Shown here one piece after another: positions 57,001-64,000 of a stretch of 64,000 nucleotides of DNA. The stretch lies in assembly GCF_009914755.1 (NCBI RefSeq), contig NC_060925.1. One strand, written 5' to 3'. This DNA comes from the human T2T-CHM13v2.0 reference genome, Homo sapiens. The notes beneath the pieces are model-generated. The model worked only from the letters and a program-made list of their open reading frames with translations, searched no databases and was not told the DNA's origin. Within the stretch, counting starts at the first letter, position 1, and each line of letters starts with the position of its first letter. The position numbers were made by a program, and so were the translations under genes.

Positions 57001-60000
57001 GGAATCGTCATAGAATGGAATCGAATGGATTCATTGAATGGAATCAGATGGAATCATCGAATGGACTGGAATGGAATCATTGAATGGACTCGAAAGGGAT
57101 CATGATTGAATGGAATTGAATGGAATCATCGAATGGTCTCGATTGGAATCATTATCAAATGGAATCGAATGGAATCACCGAATAGAATCGAATGGAACAA
57201 TCATCGAATGGACTCAAATGGAATTATCCTCCAATGGAATGGAATGGAATTATCGAATGCAATCGAATGGAATTATCGAATGCAATCGAATAGAATCATC
57301 GAATGGACTCGAATGGAATCATCGAATGGAATGGAATGGAACAGTCAATGAACTCGAATGGAATCATCATTGAATGGAATCGAATGGAATCATCGAGTGG
57401 AATCGAATGGAATTATGATCAAATGGAATCGAATGTAATCATCATCAAATGGAATCAAAAATAACCATCATCAATTGGTATTGAATGGAATTGTCATCAA
57501 ATGGAATTCAAAGGAATCATCATCAAATGGAACCGAATGGAATCCTCATTGAATGGAAATGAAAGGGGTCATCATCTAATGGAATCGCATGGAATCATCA
57601 TCAAATGGAATCGAATGGAATCATCATCAAATGGAATCTAATGGAATCATTGAACAGAATTGAATGGAATCGTCATCGAATGAATTGAATGCAATCATCG
57701 AATGGTCTCGAATGGAATCATCTTCTAATGGAAAGGAATGGAATCATCGCATAGAATCGAATGGAATTATCATCGAATGGAATCGAATGGTATCAACACC
57801 AAACGGAAAAAAACGGAATTATCGAATGGAATCGAAGAGAATCTTCGAACGGACCCGAATGGAATCATCTAATGGAATGGAATGGAATAATCCATGGACT
57901 CGAATGCAATCATCATCGAATGGAATCGAATGGAATCATCGAATGGACTCGAATGGAATAATCATTGAACGGAATCGATTGGAATCATCATCGGATGGAA
58001 ACGAATGGAATCATCATCGAATGGAAATGAAAGGAGTCATCATCTAATGGAATTGCATGGAATCATCATAAAATGGAATCGAATGGAATCAACATCAAAT
58101 GGAATCAAATGGAATCATTGAACGGAATTGAATGGAATCGTCATCGAATGAATTGACTGCAATCATCCAATGGTCTCGAATGGAATCATCTTCAAATGGA
58201 ATGGAATGGAATCATCGCATAGAATCGAATGGAATTATCATCGAATGGAATCGAATGGAATCAACATCCAACGGAAAAAAACGGAATTATCGAATGGAAT
58301 CGAAGAGAATCATCGAATGGACCCGAATGGAATCATCTAATGGAATGGAATGGAATAATCCATGGACTCGAATGCAATCATCATCGAATGGAATCGAATG
58401 GAATCATCGAATGGACTCGAATGGAATAATCATTGAACGGAATCGAATGGAATCATCATCGGATGGAAATGAATGGAATCATCATCGAATGGAATCGAAT
58501 AGAATTATGGAATGAAATCCAGTGTGATCATCATCGAATGGACCCGAATGGAATCATCATCCAACGGAAGCTAATGGAATCAACATCGAATGAATCGAAT
58601 GGAAACACCATCGAATTGAAACGAATGGAATTATCATGAAATTGAAATGGATGGACTCATCATCGAATGGATTCGAATGGAATCATCGAATAAAATTGAT
58701 TGAAATCATCATCCAATGGAATCGAATGGTATCATTGAATGGAATCGAATGGAATCATCATCAGATGGAAATGAATGGAATCGTCATAGAATGGAATCGA
58801 ATGGATTCATTGAATGGAATCAGATGGAATCATCGAATGGACTGGAATGGAATCATTGAATGGACTCGAAAGGGATCATGATTGAATGGAATTGAATGGA
58901 ATCATCGAATGGTCTCGATTGGAATCATTATCAAATGGAATCGAATGGAATCACCGAATAGAATCGAATGGAACAATCATCGAATGGACTCAAATGGAAT
59001 TATCCTCCAATGGAATCGAATGGAATTATCGAATGCAATCGAATGGAATTATCGAATGCAATCGAATAGAATCATCGAATGGACTCGAATGGAATCATCG
59101 AATGGAATGGAATGGAACAGTCAATGAACACGAATGGAATCATCATTGAATGGAATCGAATGGAATCATCGAGTGGAATCGAATGGAATTATGATCAAAT
59201 GGAATCGAATGTAATCATCATCAAATGGAATCAAAAATAACCATCATCAATTGGTATTGAATGGAATTGTCATCAAATGGAATTCAAAGGAATCATCATC
59301 AAATGGAACCGAATGGAATCCTCATTGAATGGAAATGAAAGGGGTCATCATCTAATGGAATCGCATGGAATCATCACCAAATGGAATCGAATGGAATCAT
59401 CATCAAATGGAATCTAATGGAATCATTGAACAGAATTGAATGGAATCGTCATCAAATGAATTGAATGCAATCATCGAATGGTCTCGAATGGAATCATCTT
59501 CTAATGGAAAGGAATGGAATCATCGCATAGAATCGAATGGAATTATCATCGAATGGAATCGAATGGTATCAACACCAAACGGAAAAAAACGGAATTATCG
59601 AATGGAATCGAAGAGAATCTTCGAACGGACCCGAATGGAATCATCTAATGGAATGGAATGGAATAATCCATGGACTCGAATGCAATCATCATCGAATGGA
59701 ATCGAATGGAATCATCGAATGGACTCGAATGGAATAATCATTGAACGGAATCGAATGGAATCATCATCGGATGGAAACGAATGGAATCATCATCGAATGG
59801 AAATGAAAGGAGTCATCTTCTAATGCAATTGCATGGAATCATCATCAAATGGAATCGAATGGAATCAACATCAAATGGAATCTAATGGAATCATTGAACA
59901 GAATTGAATGGAATCGTCATCGAATGAATTGACTGCAATCATCGAATGGTCTCGAATGGAATCATCTTCAAATGGAATGGAATGGAATCATCGCATAGAA

Positions 60001-63000
60001 TCGAATGGAATTATCATCGAATGGAATCGAATGGAATCAACATCAAACGGAAAAAAACGGAATTATCGAATGGAATCGAAGAGAATCATCGAATGGACCC
60101 GAATGGAATCATCTAATGGAATGGAATGGAATAATCCATGGACTCGAATGCAATCATCATCGAATGGAATCGAATGGAATCATCGAATGGACTCGAATGG
60201 AATAATCATTGAACGGAATCGAATGGAATCATCATCGGATGGAAATGAATGGAATCATCATCGAATGGAATCGAATAGAATTATGGAATGAAATCCAGTG
60301 TGATCATCATCGAATGGACCCGAATGGAATCATCATCCAACGGAAGCTAATGGAATCAACATCGAATGAATCGAATGGAAACACCATCGAATTGAAACGA
60401 ATGGAATTATCATGAAATTGAAATGGATGGACTCATCATCGAATGGATTCGAATGGAATCATCGAATAAAATTGATTGAAATCATCATCGAATGGAATCG
60501 AATGGTATCATTGAATGGAATCGAATGGAATCATCATCAGATGGAAATGAATGGAATCGTCATAGAATGGAATCGAATGGATTCATTGAATGGAATCAGA
60601 TGGAATCATCGAATGGACTGGAATGGAATCATTGAATGGACTCGAAAGGGATCATGATTGAATGGAATTGAATGGAATCATCGAATGGTCTCGATTGGAA
60701 TCATTATCAAATGGAATCGAATGGAATCACCGAATAGAATCGAATGGAACAATCATCGAATGGACTCAAATGGAATTATCCTCAAATGGAATCGAATGGA
60801 ATTATCGAATGCAATCGAATGGAATTATCGAGTGGAATCGAATAGAATCATCGAATGGACTCGAATGGAATCATCGAATGGAATGGAATGGAACAGTCAA
60901 TGAACTCGAATGGAATCATCATTGAATGGAATCGAATGGAATCATCGAGTGGAATCGAATGGAATTATGATCAAATGGAATCGAATGTAATCATCATCAA
61001 ATGGAATCAAAAATAACCATCATCAATTGGTATTGAATGGAATTGTCATCAAATGGAATTCAAAGGAATCATCATCAAATGGAACCGAATGGAATCCTCA
61101 TTGAATGGAAATGAAAGGGGTCATCATCTAATGGAATCGCATGGAATCATCATCAAATGGAATCGAATGGAATCATCATCAAATGGAATCTAATGGAATC
61201 ATTGAACAGAATTGAATGGAATCGTCATCGAATGAATTGAATGCAATCATCGAATGGTCTCGAATGGAATCATCTTCTAATGGAAAGGAATGGAATCATC
61301 GCATAGAATCGAATGGAATTATCATCGAATGGAATCGAATGGTATCAACACCAAACGGAAAAAAACGGAATTATCAAATGGAATCGAAGAGAATCTTCGA
61401 ACGGACCCGAATGGAATCATCTAATGGAATGGAATGGAATAATCCATGGACTCGAATGCAATCATCATCGAATGGAATCGAATGGAATCATCGAATGGAC
61501 TCGAATGGAATAATCATTGAACGGAATCGAATGGAATCATCATCGGATGGAAACGAATGGAATCATCATCGAATGGAAATGAAAGGAGTCATCATCTAAT
61601 GGAATTGCATGGAATCATCATAAAATGGAATCGAATGGATTCAACATCAAATGGAATCAAATGGAATCATGGAACGGAATTGAATGGAATCGTCATCGAA
61701 TGAATTGACTGCAATCATCCAATGGTCTCGAATGGAATCATCTTCAAATGGAATGGAATGGAATCATCGCATAGAATCGAATGGAATTATCATCGAATGG
61801 AATCGAATGGAATCAACATCCAACGGAAAAAAACGGAATTATCGAATGGAATCGAAGAGAATCATCGAATGGACCCGAATGGAATCATCTAATGGAATGG
61901 AATGGAATAATCCATGGACTCGAATGCAATCATCATCGAATGGAATCGAATGGAATCATCGAGTGGACTCGAATGGAATAATCATTGAACGGAATCGAAT
62001 TTAATCATCATCGGATGGAAATGAATGGAATCATCATCGAATGGAATCGAATAGAATTATGGAATGAAATCCAGTGTGATCATCATCGAATGGACCCGAA
62101 TGGAATCATCATCCAACGGAAGCTAATGGAATCAACATCGAATGAATCAAATGGAAACATCATCGAATTGAAACGAATGGAATTATCATGAAATTGAAAT
62201 GGATGGACTCATCATCGAATGGATTCGAATGGAATCATCGAATAAAATTGATTGAAATCATCATCGAATGGAATCGAATGGTATCATTGAATGGAATCGA
62301 ATGGAATCATCATCAGATGGAAATGAATGGAATCGTCATAGAATGGAATCGAATGGATTCATTGAATGGAATCAGATGGAATCATCGAATGGACTGGAAT
62401 GGAATCATTGAATGGACTCGAAAGGGATCATTATTGAATGGAATTGAATGGAATCATCGAATGGTCTCGATTGGAATCATTATCAAATGGAATCGAATGG
62501 AATCACCGAATAGAATCGAATGGAACAATCATCGAATGCACTCAAATGGAATTATCCTCCAATGGAATGGAATGGAATTATCGAATGCAATCGAATGGAA
62601 TTATCGAATGCAATCGAATAGAATCATCGAATGGACTCGAATGGAATCATCGAATGGAATGGAATGGAACAGTCAATGAACTCGAATGGAATCATCATTG
62701 AATGGAATCGAATGGAATCATCGAGTGGAATCGAATGGAATTATGATCAAATGGAATCGAATGTAATCATCATCAAATGGAATCAAAAATAACCATCATC
62801 AATTGGTATTGAATGGAATTGTCATCAAATGGAATTCAAAGGAATCATCATCAAATGGAACCGAATGGAATCCTCATTGAATGGAAATGAAAGGGGTCAT
62901 CATCTAATGGAATCGCATGGAATCATCATCAAATGGAATCGAATGGAATCACCATCAAATGGAATCTAATGGAATCATTGAACAGAATTGAATGGAATCG

Positions 63001-64000
63001 TCATCGAATGAATTGAATGCAATCATCGAATGGTCTCGAATGGATTCATCTTCTAATGGAAAGGAATGGAATCATCGCATAGAATCGAATGGAATTATCA
63101 TCGAATGGAATCGAATGGTATCAACACCAAACGGAAAAAAACGGAATTATCGAATGGAATCGAAGAGAATCTTCGAACGGACCCGAATGGAATCATCTAA
63201 TGGAATGGAATGGAATAATCCATGGACTCGAATGCAATCATCATCGAATGGAATCGAATGGAATCATCGAATGGACTCGAATGGAATAATCATTGAACGG
63301 AATCGATTGGAATCATCATCGGATGGAAACGAATGGAATCATCATCGAATGGAAATGAAAGGAGTCATCATCTAATGGAATTGCATGGAATCATCATAAA
63401 ATGGAATCGAATGGAATCAACATCAAATGGAATCAAATGGAATCATTGAACGGAATTGAATGGAATCGTCATCGAATGAATTGACTGCAATCATCCAATG
63501 GTCTCGAATGGAATCATCTTCAAATGGAATGGAATGGAATCATCGCATAGAATCGAATGGAATTATCATCGAATGGAATCGAAGGGAATCAACATCCAAC
63601 GGAAAAAAACGGAATTATCGAATGGAATCGAAGAGAATCATCGAATGGACCCGAATGGAATCATGTAATGGAATGGAATGGAATAATCCATGGACTCGAA
63701 TGCAATCATCATCGAATGGAATCGAATGGAATCATCGAATGGACTCGAATGGAATAATCATTGAACGGAATCGAATGGAATCATCATCGGATGGAAATGA
63801 ATGGAATCATCATCGAATGGAATCGAATAGAATTATGGAATGAAATCCAGTGTGATCATCATCGAATGGACCCGAAAGGAATCATCATCCAACGGAAGCT
63901 AATGGAATCAACATCGAATGAATCGAATGGAAACACCATCGAATTGAAACGAATGGAATTATCATGAAATTGAAATGGATGGACTCATCATCGAATGGAT

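Larger units (their letters stand above)
1..64000 (+). repeat. Human satellite II (HSat2/HSATII) tandem array with a 1776-bp unit, probably the 1q12 (pUC1.77/D1Z1-type) subfamily
   Basis: The entire window consists of GGAAT/GAATG pentamers with dense TCGA (TaqI) sites and ATCATCGAATGGAATCGAATGG words, the reverse complement of the CATTCGATTC-type HSat2 consensus. The anchor ORF MESSSNELNA recurs at 31, 1807, 3583, 5359, 7135, 8911, 10687, 12463, 14239, 16015 and onward, i.e. every 1776 bp apart from the variant units. There is one GAATTC per unit. Family call is high confidence; the chromosome 1 assignment rests on unit length. Confidence 0.96.

Noticed and set aside
31-63967. Hundreds of 60-171 aa ORFs (MESSSNELNA..., MELSSNGIEW..., MKLKWMDSSS...) as a repetitive protein family or operon
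   Set aside because: They are translations of GGAAT-based satellite (MEWN/NGIE words) that overlap in several frames and are gained or lost through random substitutions. They have no recognisable domain, and their +-strand bias follows from base composition because the minus strand is rich in TGA.
1-64000. CRISPR-like array of 23/26-bp repeats
   Set aside because: There are no unique spacers, the intervening sequence is itself repeat, the higher-order unit is copied almost exactly, and no cas or leader sequence is present.
1-64000. HSat3 (e.g. DYZ1, 9q12) or telomeric repeat
   Set aside because: Pure GGAAT runs are at most 3-4 copies, TCGA and ATCATC words dominate as in HSat2, and there is no TTAGGG.
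1-64000. Embedded transposon, inversion or non-satellite island
   Set aside because: I saw no CATTC-strand segment, poly(A) tail, Alu/L1-like or GC-rich sequence. All spacing anomalies are accounted for by satellite-internal indels.

Overview
The whole 64 kb window is one uninterrupted, single-orientation array of human classical satellite II (HSat2/HSATII), read on the GGAAT/GAATG purine-rich strand. It is built from degenerate (GGAAT)n pentamers arranged as 23/26-bp ATC(ATC)ATCGAATGGAATCGAATGGA words, and these form a 1776-bp unit with one EcoRI site per unit. That organisation matches the ~1.77-kb HSat2 unit of 1q12 heterochromatin (pUC1.77/D1Z1 type); the chromosome assignment comes from prior knowledge and was not confirmed by search. 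There are 36 complete units plus one partial unit. Each unit contains an internal 468-bp tandem duplication (subunits A and B). All ORFs in the track are repeat artefacts. I found no genes, RNA genes, transposons or CRISPR arrays, and no support for a new protein-coding or defence-type system. The informative signal is array evolution: two independent 468-bp deletion units (1308 bp), a 668-bp microhomology deletion (1113-bp unit), an expanded 2391-bp unit carrying a diverged HSat2 insert, an ~8.9-kb five-unit duplication, local two-unit (3552-bp) periodicity, recent single-unit duplications, short conversion tracts and left-to-right variant gradients. Unit numbers count from position 1 (unit 1 = 1-1776). 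Variant calls were made by eye and from ORF-track spacing, not by alignment software.
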